From: Octopus sinensis
Taxonomy: Eukaryota
Assembly: GCF_006345805.1 (NCBI RefSeq)
Contig: NW_021833239.1
Location: 1-64,000 of the forward strand
Length of the DNA stretch: 64,000 bases
Direction: 5' to 3'
Within the stretch, counting starts at the first letter, position 1, and the number at the start of each line of letters is the position of its first letter. This document shows, in pieces, positions 48,912 to 61,468 of the stretch. The position numbers were made by a program, and so were the translations under genes. Below the pieces are notes generated by a model. It was not told where the DNA came from. It made no database searches and was given only the letters and a program-made list of their open reading frames with translations.

Positions 48912-49075
48912 ATAGTTACTGGGACGTAAACACGCCAACATCGGTTGTCAAGCGATGGTGCGATGACAAATGAACACACACACACATATATACGACGGGC
49001 TTCTTTCAGTTTCTGTCTACCATATCCCCTCACAAGGCTTTGGGTCACTATAATAAAAGACACTTACCCAAGGTG
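48912..49075 (-). mobile_element. CORE-type SINE fragment
   Basis: gggacgtaaacacgccaacatcggttgtcaagcgatg...ctcacaaggctttgg...cacttacccaaggtg. Confidence 0.7.
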
Positions 49076-49166
49076 TCAAAATTAAATGCTGGAAAAGTTA
49101 AAAGAAAAGTTTTTTTAAAGAATATTTGCATACTTATATTAAGAGAAATGTTTTTAAAATAATATT

Positions 49167-49282
<116 letters not shown>

Positions 49283-50121
49283 GGGAAAATAAATTAATAA
49301 TTTATACACCAAAGTAGTATTCGGCATGTTAAAGGACCATTTTCAGTAAACTTGAACAATATTTTTTTATAATTATGAGTATAATTATAATTAGGGTTCA
49401 GCAAAAAAATTTGCTTCACCGCATACCGAACATTAGAATAGCAGCCAAAGAATCTAGCTATTTCTTCTACTATAAGAAGAAACTCTCAGACAACATATAT
49501 CAAAAACAATTCACGTAGGCAGAGAGGAAAAACAACGAAATTCACTCGGCATTTGATTAACTGTAGACGCGTTTCGGAGTTAGATAGATATGAAAAATGA
49601 AACAATCACATTTACATTCGGTCATTCGGCACTGTCATGCCTTTGGGTGTCAGAAGTGAAAGTAGAGAAATCTGACGTCAGACGTCAACTTCGTGTATTT
49701 ACGTCGTCTTTCGTTTATTTACGCCGTTTATTTACGTACCACTGAAATGCAAGTAAAAGCTTGTATGTATGTAGTTATGTATGTATGTATATATAATACA
49801 TACATACACACATATATATAATATACATGTATATATACATATATATATATATATTTAATACATACATATATATAATATATACATGTATTTTTACCGCCTT
49901 TAGTCGCACAAATCGACCCCAGAACTTATTCTATCGGTCTTTTTCTTAACCACTATACATTATATACATACATACAGATAGATAGATAGATACACACACA
50001 CACACATATAATAGATATAAATGTGTACGTGTGTACATTTTCAGAAAAAATTCATACATTTTAAACAATATCATAGCATTTCTCTTATTTTTTACATGAA
50101 GTTTTCGAAAAATGAATTTAG

Positions 50122-50256
50122 AATGTAAAAATCAAATATATCAAATTAATAAACGCAAATTATTTAGAATGTAAAAATCAAATATATCAAATTAATAAAC
50201 GCAAATTATTTAGAATGTAAAAATCAAATATATCAAATTAATAAACGCAAATTATT
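50122..50256. repeat. 46-bp tandem repeat x3
   Basis: aatgtaaaaatcaaatatatcaaattaataaacgcaaattatttag repeated. Confidence 0.9.
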
Positions 50257-50349
50257 TTCAAATATCATTTTCAACGGTGAGATTATCAAAATATAAACTT
50301 GAAGTTAAGTTTAAAAATAAATGCGATACTCATTCTGTCTTGATACTTA

Positions 50350-51255
50350 TGCTCAAATACATGGATATAGCTGTCGAATTTGTTCTATCAACTTCCCGAA
50401 TATATCATCCTTAAATTCATAGCGCCACATGAATTCGATGAGATGGGTCTGAAGTAAATTTCTGGCTGTTCCACATTCTCTCCTATTTCGAGTCTTTACG
50501 TGTTTCCATAAACTTCTATGTGGTTGGTTGTGGCAAATGTTACCGGATCAACAAAATTTATAGAATGATTCACGGTCAAATGTCTGTATCCTAGCTGACT
50601 GAGTGTATTATACGAACGCCAAAGGTCGGATATTATTGTTGTACCAGGCAATATACGCTCGCGTATAATCTGTAATAGAGTGTCCGCTGTTCGATTTTCA
50701 ACTGCCACTAAAATACATCTTCTACTATCTCTTTCTAATGCACCAAACACCCATTGCGTTTTAACCCGATGGCCAACATGATATTTTCTCTTAACAAACG
50801 CAGTTTCATCTATTTCAACGATTCTATGGGTCCTCCCAGTTTAATATTCTGTGCAACATAATATTCTGCACATACATCGCGGCAAAAATTCCTCCAATCG
50901 GTTACCGCTACATTTGCTAAATGACATTCCTGTCCTATTCCTTTTGCTAAATCTTCTTTGGCCCAGTAAAACAAAATATCTATGATCTGTTGACACTTCG
51001 ATTTGCTATTTTCTAAAATGTTCCTTTTCTAATTGACACGGATTTTCTACAAGGTCTTCCACACGACCATATTATTTCATCAGATATACTTTTTTTCGTT
51101 ACTTCTCTCATGGTAGCTCCACACGATGTACATATTTTCTGGGTATTCAAAAGGCCATGTCTCTTAAGCCAATTAATGCTATCTGCTGTTGTAGCAGTGG
51201 AGACGGCAATATCGCGGTGACTAATTCCTCTTGAACTTGGATATGCAAAAGCCAT
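50350..51255 (-). pseudogene. Merlin (IS1016/IS1595-like, ISXO2 DDE) transposase with frameshifts
   Basis: N-terminal CTSC...WSC Zn ribbon, DWRNFCRDVC, IVEIDETAF.KRKYHVG, WVFGALER, ILPGTTIISDLWRSY, VNHS.NFVDP...TNHIE. Confidence 0.9.
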
Positions 51256-51257
51256 AT

Positions 51258-51653
51258 TAAAAATTGTTTAGCACGTGTTGATATCACACTGAAAGTTTCT
51301 AACTGAATAAATTTCAAAGTTTGAATTACGCACGTGGTGGTCAGTGGTCATTCTGATTGGTGTATGTAATCGCGGTGATGGTCATGGGGGTTCATTTGTG
51401 CAGATTTTGGTGTGATTTCTTTTTTAAAAACAATAATGAATAATGCAAGAATATATTTATTCTTGCATTATTCATTATTGTTTTTAAAAAAGAAATCACA
51501 CCAAAATCTGCACAAATGAACCCCCATGACCATCACCGCGATTACATACACCAATCAGAATGACCACTGACCACCACGTGCGTAATTCAAACTTTGAAAT
51601 TTATTCAGTTAGAAACTTTCAGTGTGATATCAACACGTGCTAAACAATTTTTA
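51258..51653. repeat. Perfect palindrome, 196-bp arms, 4-nt loop
   Basis: 51258-51453 equals the reverse complement of 51458-51653, with no mismatch found by eye. Confidence 0.95.
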
Positions 51654-52366
51654 TTTACGCCGTTAAATATTTACTTAAATTCCTTAATATGGAATCTGGA
51701 TGTTAAATGGTAAGGGACATTGAAAACCTCTAGAGCACTAGTAGTCTATATTCCTCCTACCCCTCTAACTTCAACCTACTAGCTTTTTGCTATAATACAT
51801 TCAAATATATCTAAACTGAATTCTTCAAAATGGGAATGGGTTTATGGTTTTGACATTTGTACTACCCCTTCCTATATCTATAAATAGAAAAAATTCTTGT
51901 TTGTCTCCATTCAACCAAGAATAAAAACCCCTCCCCACTGATAGATCTAAATAACAAAGTGAACTCAATGATAAAATCTACAGTCAGAGAGTGAACATAC
52001 TACTATCATGTTCTTAAGAATGAAATCAACCTCTCTGTCTGTATATCTACCCTCTTTATAATGTTGGTAAATGAAATATGGATAAGAATGTGCATTGTCC
52101 GTTTAATTGGAAATTTCTATAAGTGACTGAAGATTTCTCGACATTTTAAAACAGATTTAATACTTACAGTGTTTAATAAAATGAAGAAGCATGAAATTGT
52201 ACTACTCTACCTTGGATATACATGTTGCATATTTTGCTTATTTATATTATATATACACACAAACACACACATAGAACCTCGGAGACCCTGTAAAGAGTCA
52301 TGAGCACTGTCTCCTTTCCAGAAGAAAAGATATAAGAATACACTCATAAAGTCACGCATACACACA

Positions 52367-52419
<53 letters not shown>

Positions 52420-52491
52420 GCACACACTTACACACACACACACACACACACGCATGCATGCACGCTTACACAAACTTATGCATATACATAC

Positions 52492-52754
52492 CTTCCTGGA
52501 AAGAATATAATTGTGTAGCTGCTAATTCCCTTGACAGCAAGTAGGATGACTGCTATCAATACTGGTACGTCTGGGTTTTTGTATGAAAGGAGGATATCAC
52601 TGTGCACTTCAGAGCCGAACGACAATGATCCAAAGACTCCCATCAGCATGTAAAAGAACGTAGCGAGAGCAAAAGCTCCGCACAGGACCTTGGTATATGA
52701 CCGCAAATTTCGATGCTTCATACTGGAGTAGATTGGAACAGAACTTACTTGTGC
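52492..52754 (-). CDS. SLC38A7: SLC38A7-like copy B, exon 7
   Basis: ttgcag| acceptor, AG|gtatgt donor, 263 nt. AQVSSVPIYSSMK...GVFGSLSFGSEVHSDILLSY...SYTIIFFPGR matches SLC38A7 CHVSSVPVFNSM...GFLTFG..V..DVLLSY...SYPILHFCGR. Confidence 0.95.
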
Positions 52755-52814
52755 CTGCAATAGTAAATATTATTTGTTTATTTAATACATAACATTCATT
52801 TAATATATAATGCA

Positions 52815-52965
52815 GGCTTAGGTAAAGAAATTGCTTCCCAACTACATGGTTCCGGGTTCAGTCCCACTGCGTGGCACCTTGGGCGAGTGTCTCCTAGTAT
52901 AGCCTCAGGCCAACCAAAATCTTGTGAGTGGATTTGGAAAACAGAAACTGAAAGAAGTCAGTCAT
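52815..52965 (+). mobile_element. CORE-type SINE, 5' portion
   Basis: actacatggttccgggttcagtcccactgcgtggcaccttgggcgagtgtc. Confidence 0.8.
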
Positions 52966-53017
52966 ATATACATATATATATATATACATACACATATATA
53001 CACACACACACATATAT

Positions 53018-53073
<56 letters not shown>

Positions 53074-53114
53074 TATATATATACATACATATATGTATGT
53101 ATATACATACATAT

Positions 53115-53488
<374 letters not shown>

Positions 53489-55229
53489 CCACTGCAGATA
53501 TAAAATCAGAGGCGGCGACGATAGATTACATCGATATAAAGGAAGACGATGTAATCAAGGCTATAGATGAAATGAAAACAGACTCAGCTACTGGCCCCGA
53601 TGGATTCCCGGCAATCCTCCTAAAAGCATGTAAGAGAGTCCTAGCAAGACCACTGCAGTTCCTCTTTCAGAGCTTCCTTGCAGCTGGCAAACTCCCAAGA
53701 AAACTGAAAGAAGGTAAAATATGCCCCATTCATAAAGGAGGTAGCAGAGCTATAGACCTATCTCTCTGACCTCACACATCAGCAAGGTCATGGAACGAAT
53801 AGTCAGAAGGAAGCTGATCACCTTCCTTGAAGAGAATGACTTGCTGCCCGATACCAAACATGGTTTCCGACCAGGGAGAAGCTGTTTAACTCAGCTCCTA
53901 CAACACTATGACTGGGTGCTGAAACGGCTGCTCAACCACTCAAATGTGGAAGTGATATATCTCGACTTTGCAAAGGCCTTTGATAAAGTCGATCATGGAA
54001 TGATATGTCACAAACTGCGTGATCTCAACATAGTTGGAAAACTGGGAGAATGGCTTCATGACTTTCTGAAAGATAGAAGTCAGGTGGTAGTGGCCAATGG
54101 GGCCACTTCCATTAACACGCAAATAGTGAGCGGTGTTCCGCAGGGCACTGTTCTGGGACCACTACTGTTCATAATGGCCCTCTCAGACATGCCCTCAGCC
54201 ACGCAGAGAGCCACGATCACAAGTTATGCAGATGATACAAAAGTTTCACAGGCAATACAGAACCCTGAGGACACTAAACACCTGCAATGTGAGCTAGACA
54301 AAATATACAAGTGGGCCGAAAAGAATAGCATGCAGTTCAATGCTGAAAAGTTTCAAGCTCTATACTATCAGCATGCAAAACTGAATGCAATACCCAATCA
54401 ATACACTGGACCCGGAGGAATAGCAATCCCAGAGGCACAATCAGTGCGTGACCTAGGTATTTACATGAGTGATGACGCGACCTTTCGTGTACATGTTGCT
54501 AAATTGGCAATGAAATGTAGACGACTGGCCGGATGGATCCTCAGAACCTTTAGAACAAGAGAACAAGAAACCATGATGGTCCTCTGGAGGACACTTGTCC
54601 TAAGCCACTTTGACTACTGCTCTCAGTTATGGTCACCATCCAGTGTCAAGTTGATCACAGAGCTCGAGGCGATCCAACGTAGCTACACGAAGAAGATAGC
54701 CTCTATGCAGAATGTAAGCTACTGGGAAAGACTCAAGAGATTAAAACTATATTCCCTGGAGCGTAGGCGGGAAAGATATGCCATAATATACATCTGGAAG
54801 ATCCTGGAGGGAAGTGTCCTGAACTTTGGCATCGAGAGTTACGCAAATGCCAGAACTAGGCGCCACTGCGTGGTGCCTAGGACTCCAAACTTGCCATCAA
54901 GATGTAGGACAAGATTCTGTGATAGCCTGAGCTTCCGAGGCCCACAGCTCTTCAATATCCTCCCGAAGAACCTGAGAGACCTGCATGGGGTGGATGCAGA
55001 TGTCTTTAAAATGAAGCTGGATCTCTTCCTGTCAGGTGTCCCAGATGAACCAACTTCACGGCAGGAGGGGCAGATGAGGGCAGCTGCATCGAACTCTCTC
55101 ATGCACCAAATAGCAGTTGCTAGAAAGCCTTCATGAAGTGAAACCAAGTAGCAACACCAAATGGCGGTGCCCCAGCATGGCCACAGCTCATAAGCTGAAA
55201 CTAGAATCAATCAATCAATCAATCAATCA

Positions 55230-55232
<3 letters not shown>
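53489..55232 (+). mobile_element. 5'-truncated CR1-like LINE (RT ORF 53790-55136) with an (AATC)n tail, in intron 6 of copy B
   Basis: GPDGFP, HGFRPGRSCLTQLL, VIYLDFAKAFDKVDH, GVPQGTVLGP, YADD, V.DLG, YSLERRRERY; tail at 55205-55232. Confidence 0.92.
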
Positions 55233-55301
<69 letters not shown>

Positions 55302-55477
55302 TATATAGCACGTATGAGGAAGATGATGAGGAGAATATCTTCTATATATATACATATATATATATAGAAGATATCCTCCTCCTCCTCCTCCTCCTCATCA
55401 TCATCATCATCATCACCATTATTATCATCATCATAATCATTATTATCGTTGTTATTGTGGTTGTTGTTGTTGTGTAT

Positions 55478-55690
55478 GGCGGCGAACTGACAGAATCGTT
55501 ACCGCGCCGGTAAAAATGCTTAGCAGCATTTCATCCGTCTGTACGTGCTGAGGTCAAATTCCGCCGAGGTTGACTTTGCCTTTCATCCTTTTGGGGTCGA
55601 CAAAATAAACACAAGTTTTGTTCTGGGGTCAATGCAATCGATTATCCCCCCTCCCTCAAAATTTCAATCTTTGTGCCTATAATAAGAAAG
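55478..55690 (+). mobile_element. Meta-type SINE
   Basis: ggcggcgaactgacagaatcg...aaattccgccgaggttgactttgcctttcatcctt. Confidence 0.8.
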
Positions 55691-56672
55691 GATTATTATT
55701 CAGACACATTGTCTTGGACCATATTAATCAATGAGTCCTTTTATTTAAGCGAGTAAGTTGTGATTTGAGGGAGACATAACTCATAGTTATTCATAGTTTT
55801 AGCAATAAGCATTCACCCTTTGTGGCCTAGAGAACATTACTGCTCTAATTGCTACCCTTCCTACAAAAGAAAAAGAAAATTAAAAAATAAGATATAAGCA
55901 TATGGCTAAAGTCAAAAACAAAACAGACGGATAACTTCAGTTTCAGGTAATCCTCGGAAACATTAAGAAAAGCACGCGCGCGCAGAAACCTACACTTCGT
56001 ATACAGTGAAACGCGCACACATATACATACATATAGATGTGCATACAAACATGCATATGTGTGTCTGTCTGTGTGTATATGCATAGGTGTGCATGCATGT
56101 GTGTATGTATGTGTGTGTGTGTGTGTGTGTGTGTATTTGTGGGACTGCTCGATCAGTATTAACCAAGAAGTTAAACAACTATCATAGCTTGTATATGTAT
56201 ATTATATGGGGTATTGTCACATTATGGTTATTGAGTAACTCATAGTCTACGTTAGCTAATCATAGCTTACTAGTCCTATGGTCATTGGAACAGTCGATAT
56301 CAGACTAGCTAGACTACATGAAGGTACATCAACGAGACGTGGTCGCGTGACTTGCTTGCAAATGCAGCCTATATTTTTTCAGATCATACATTACAGTTTT
56401 TAAAAAGACAAACAACATAATGTATAATATGATAGTAATTTTTTTTTTTTTAATCTGATTCAGTTTTTTAATTGCGATCATATCTGGGTGTTGTGAGGGT
56501 TTTCATAGCTGTCACGTACTAAACAAACTACAATGACAACAGCAACACTGTAGACAACTACAACAAAAGCATCAACTATAATTTTGTAGCTTATGAGTCA
56601 TACTTCCACATTCGTACCCACCGAATTTGTTTGTTTTATAACTTCCAGAAAAATAGATATTTTTCAATGAAA

Positions 56673-57041
56673 TCTCTCTATATATAAACGGCAGTTTGTC
56701 TGTGTGTGTTTCTGTGTGTCTGTTTGCTTATACCCTCACCCTGACCACGGCTTTCAACCGATTCTGATGAAACTTGACACACACATAGCCCAATGTCATA
56801 ATTCAAAACTAACGCAGCGAAAATTTTGAAAAGTTCCCCCAGTTCTGAAAAAAATCGATAAATTCGACATGGGGTCGAGAATCAGAAACACAAACCACAG
56901 ACTGTCTAGGGGACGCAACTCGACCTTTTTAACTAAAAAAAATTTACCATCATATTTTTCCATTTTTTGGCTATAACTCTCTAAAAATGCTTTATAGTTA
57001 TTTCCCTTACAAACCCGAGCAACGCCGGGCGATACTGCTAG
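56673..57041 (+). mobile_element. Non-autonomous Helitron (369 bp)
   Basis: 5' TC, 3' CTAG, subterminal hairpin cccg agcaacgc cggg, inserted between A and T without a TSD; absent from the paralog at about 18942. Confidence 0.85.
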
Positions 57042-57236
57042 TTTGTCATAAATACGCTTCAGAAGGTGTAGATTATAATAGAACTTGTGCTCAAAATATA
57101 TTTCTAAGGTTGGAGTAGGAGTTTCGGAACTTCTCCCGAGTCGATTTGTTTCCTTCGGAAAAATGAATATTTTTAAAGAAAATCTTCTGCAAATGCTTAA
57201 ATTTAATACGAATAAGAAAATTTCTTTCGAAATTTC

Positions 57237-58610
57237 CAGAGTGGGACGTTCTTAGGAAAGTTTCCAGTCGTCTGAAGAAATCTGGTCGTCCTGTCCCTAT
57301 TAGTGCAGAGACGGCAACTAGCCTGAAAATATGTCCTTCGCTGTCTGTCACATCCAGTACCACCGACTTCCAGATCCAGGAAGATTGTCTGTATTGCAAG
57401 ACACAGATTTTTCCAAACCATTACGCTGACTCCGCCTCCCGCTCCCGGACGACTTGGAGATGCGTACACCTCGTAGTCACCTAAAATAGGTCGGAATTCC
57501 CGTGAGTCGGAAATTCTGGTTTCGCTAATGGCCACCACATTGACATTCAGCTCCTTGAGGTCGTTGAGCAGGTAAACCCGCTTCTAAAAATGACCCCAGG
57601 CAACGGTCATTCACACTGCCTACTTTTTACACGAGCATGTTGTCGGAAAAAGAGAAGAAAAGAAAGGGGAAACTTACTTGGTTTTATTTGGAGGGGTGGA
57701 TTGCTCGTCCTTCCTGTTGGCTTGGTGTGTTCCCAACAGCAAATCACCAAGAATTCTCTTGGTGACATTCCCTCGGAAATCTTCGATTTCCTGTGGGAAT
57801 TGGGTTTTTAAGTGTGTGTATATGTTTTGCATTGTTTGAATGATTTGTATGTTTGCAGGTAGGGAGAATGTGGATATGACAAAATCTTTTGGTATAATGT
57901 TTGTGCATGATATATAGTTTATTAATTAATCATTTTTTTAGTTATTGCCATGTAATTCGTAATGTTACTGTCTTTAATTTGTGTTTGTTGCTGTTATTGT
58001 TGTGGTAGTGATGGTTGTGGTTGTGATTGTTGTGGTTGCGTGTGTGGAATGGCTTGTGTTTCAGGAGTTAGAGATGATGGTGTCGATGCAGTGTTTGTTT
58101 TTGTTGTTTTGATCTTTTCCTTTCCACTTCTAGTGTAGATGAAGACTGCTGATGTTGTTTGTCTGTATGTTTGTTTTTCCTCTTGTTTCTAACGTTCTTT
58201 TGTTTTTAACTGCCACTCTTCATCGCGGTCCGTTTCTTCAGCTGTGATGTCCACCCGCTCCTCAGCGGGAAATGGAATATCTTCGGGCGCTGAGAAGTGT
58301 TTGGGTGAATACGGTGTCGGTATGGTTGTTGGTGTTGGTGTTGATCGTGCTACAGCTGAATCTGCTGATGGTGCTGCTGCTGTTGTCGCTGGAATTCTGG
58401 TGGCCGTTGTTGGTGTAGACAGGAGAGGTACCCGACACTCTCTTTTTCGTTTTGTTTAGGGTAGTCGGCTTTTAAATGCTCAGGTGAAAAGCAAAGGTGG
58501 CACTTTGCTTTTCTTCCATCTAATCTGACTGGAAGAAGGATCTGGTCTGGGATGAGATCCACATTCTTTTGTATTGTTTGAATGAAAAGTTCTACGGTCA
58601 TTAACGACCT
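57237..58610 (-). mobile_element. Tx1/L1-like LINE fragment (ORF1 zinc knuckle plus AP-endonuclease N-terminus), 3' part lost
   Basis: KAKCHLCFSPEHLKAD knuckle; NVVAISETRI...GGGVSVMV...LVVLDV..FRLVAV endonuclease motifs. Confidence 0.8.
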
Positions 58611-58679
58611 ATTGTTATTGATATTATTATTATTATTATAATTATTATTATTATTATATTATTATTATTATTATTATTA

Positions 58680-58712
<33 letters not shown>

Positions 58713-58716
58713 CAGC

Positions 58717-58747
<31 letters not shown>

Positions 58748-58934
58748 TGTTTGATTTTTGCTTTGTATTTGTACAAGTTGGCTCCAAGTCTCACCCAGAG
58801 ACATCAAGACATAAGGTAGAAGTTCGTGTTGGTGTTATGCCTAGGGTGTCATGTATTTGGTTTGTACATAATATTGTTCATGAGAATGTTTTATTATTAT
58901 CATTATTATTATTATTGTCATCCTTTAATAAGGA

Positions 58935-59095
58935 TATATCCTAATAAAGGCACAAGGTCTGAAATTTAATGTTTCACTGGTACTTAATTTATTGACCCCA
59001 AAAATGAAAGGCAAAGCCGACCTCGGTGGGATTTGATCTCAGAACTTAAAGATTCGGGAAAAAATACTGCAAGAAATTAATTGCAACCCTCTAAC
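58935..59095 (-). mobile_element. Meta-type SINE fragment
   Basis: aggcaaagccgacctcggtgggatttgatctcagaac, in reverse of the consensus. Confidence 0.7.
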
Positions 59096-59149
59096 GATTC
59101 GGTCAGCACGACTCACATATACATTGTAATAACAAAGATAGTATCTTAC

Positions 59150-59207
59150 CTCGTAGCAAACCAAAACATCTATAATGAAATATATGATAGCTTTGCTGCG
59201 TTCATGT
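59150..59207 (-). CDS. SLC38A7: SLC38A7-like copy B, exon 6 (58 nt)
   Basis: Strong acceptor tttacttgtttccacag| and donor GAG|gtaaga. Phases 2/0 bridge exons 5 and 7 in frame: (P)HERSKAIIYFIIDVLVCYE. Sequence similarity to the human segment is weak. Confidence 0.7.
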
Positions 59208-59561
59208 CTGTGGAAACAAGTAAAATAAATAACAACATTAAAAATAAATCAAAAATATATGATAATAATTGTCAACATATTTACAAAGCTGGGAAAGGAA
59301 GAGTCGAGTATATCGACCAAATATTTTATTTATCGATCTCTGAATGATGAAAGGTAAAGTTGACTCCAGTGGTGGTTCACATACTCGATACCACTAGCCA
59401 CTTTGGGGTCTTCTACATAGAGTAGAGAGCACTTACATGCGTGTAATTGCTCTTACATACGCAAACATATCACTTCCCCTTCTCTCAGATTTTCTGACAC
59501 CGAAATTTCATTGTCAGGATATATCAGAGTAACAATAAAGCACATATATGTTAGAGGGCGA

Positions 59562-59788
59562 GGCGGCGAGCTGGCAGAAGCGATAGCGCGCCGGGCGAAA
59601 TGCTTAGCGGTATTTCGTCTGTCGTTACGTTCTGAGTTCAAATTCCGCCGAGGTCGACTTTGCCTTTCATCCTTTCGGGGTCGATAAATAAAGTACCCGT
59701 TTCGTATTGGGGTCGATGTAATCGACTTCTTCCCTTTGTTTGTTCCCTCTATATTTAGCCCCTTGTAGGCAATAAAGAAATATATATA
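59562..59788 (+). mobile_element. Meta-type SINE, young, with an 11-bp TSD
   Basis: Consensus-like; TSD ttagagggcga (59551-59561, 59789-59799); absent from the paralog at about 25880. Confidence 0.88.
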
Positions 59789-61375
59789 TTAGAGGGCGAC
59801 AAAGATAGCTTTTGACTATTTCTTCGATGCGGAACATGGAGATTGCTATTCCAAAGATAATTCGTGTGGTTTTAGATACAGATGTGAACAAATCATTCGA
59901 TGTGTTCGGATAGAAAGGGCGCGCAGTGAAAATAAATCCTCATTTTGATGAATAGCTGTCTGTAGGTGCTATTCTGGGAAGTTGTGCGCATTTTTAGAAC
60001 AGTTCCCGACCACTTAGGAATAGCAATGGATCAGAGATAATGGGTCTCGTACCAACTCCATAACTTTTCGCAGTTGTTGGCAGTAGAGAAGCGATAACTG
60101 TATGTAAGAAACGGTTAGAGATGAGTAACATTGCGTGGGGCAAATCTTCTGCTTTACATCGTCATCGCAATGGGCTTTATGGGTTCGTGTCATACACTTC
60201 GTAGACGTTTATCATGACGCTGAAAACTGGGAACATTCTCTGATACGTTGACTGACAAGGTGTGGTGTTACAGAGGAAGGACACAAGCAAAGGAAACATC
60301 GTGGACAGCATCTGATCCATAGCTCTGCTGCGTGTAGAGTTTTGAGAGTTAGTGCAGGGCAGTGCTCGCGAAGAGACTGACGCTTGTCGTACTTGGTGTA
60401 GCTAGAAGCGCACAGACTTGTGCTATTTCCATCAGATTTATTCACAACCACCTCCACCTCATGCCAGTCATCGTTGCGAAATTGGCTAAAATAAAACTTG
60501 ATCTAGTGGGGCTCAAATACCTTGGCATCAATTCAAAGCTTTCGGTAATACTTAGTGGCTCTTCTCAGTGTAGTTAGTTTCGATATCATTTCAGAGGATG
60601 GATTTCATCAATCTATAGTAAAAACTGCTCTGTAGTCAGGATAAATGGCCACCTGTGTGGTCCATTAGGAATCATGCCCAATCAGCCAGAGATTGAAGCA
60701 TGTATAGGGGTTCCTGGATAGTGAACAGCTGTTGTTACAGTTTGATAGGCACATCTTTTCACAGTTGATCTCTTTCATTGAACTGCAGTCCCGGATCAAG
60801 TGAAGGTCAATATTGGGTATTTGACGCTACCAGGAGCTCGCAGTTTTCTACCAATCAAGCAAACGGTGATATATCTCATGCTTTATAGAATTAAAGGTGG
60901 ACAAGAGTATCAACGTGCAGTAGATTACATGCGTCGACGAAGATTAACTGAAAATTCTATTCCGGCCAGCCAGGGTACATAGACACTTTTCTCAAAATCT
61001 CCTTGCCTAGCATTGCCATTTCGGAATAAAGTCTAAAAGCTGCCGAAGCTGCATGAAATGTGCACAGACAAGGAAACCTTTCAATACACACTAGATCTAT
61101 ATCGCGGCGTTGTATAATTATATTGAATAGTGCCGAATTTTTGTGCAGTAATTACGTTGACGCTGATTTCTTATGGAATTATGTTGAATAGGTGTTGTCT
61201 TAGAGGAATCTAGCTATGTACCAAATCGAAGTACTAATGTTGTATTTTAAGCTCCTGTTCCTTTATTTCTGATAACCTGACAAGTTTGAGAAAATTTGCT
61301 AAAACAAATATTTTGATTAACGAAAGGAAAAGAATTGAACAATGTTAGTGAGCATATAAGAAGTGGAGAACTTAC

Positions 61376-61468
61376 GGCGTTTTAACTGGACTAGAAGGTG
61401 AATGTGTTTGTGTATATTTCACAAAAACCAATAAGCTGACATACAGAAATGCTGCAGTACCGACAGTA
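61376..61468 (-). CDS. SLC38A7: SLC38A7-like copy B, exon 5
   Basis: ttatag| acceptor, CC|gtaagt donor, 93 nt; TVGTAAFLYVSLLVFVKYTQTHSPSSPVKT. Confidence 0.88.

Noticed and set aside
49590-49740. Candidate Merlin terminal inverted repeat (..tttatttacgccgtttatttacgtacc)
   Set aside because: It has the same orientation as the partial match at about 51650, so the two do not form an inverted pair, and no TSD was found. It is noted only as a shared 15-mer.
55820-55863. Strong minus-strand acceptor followed by a 44-nt candidate exon (also at about 16920-16963)
   Set aside because: The phase-compatible frame contains stops and the translation does not resemble SLC38.
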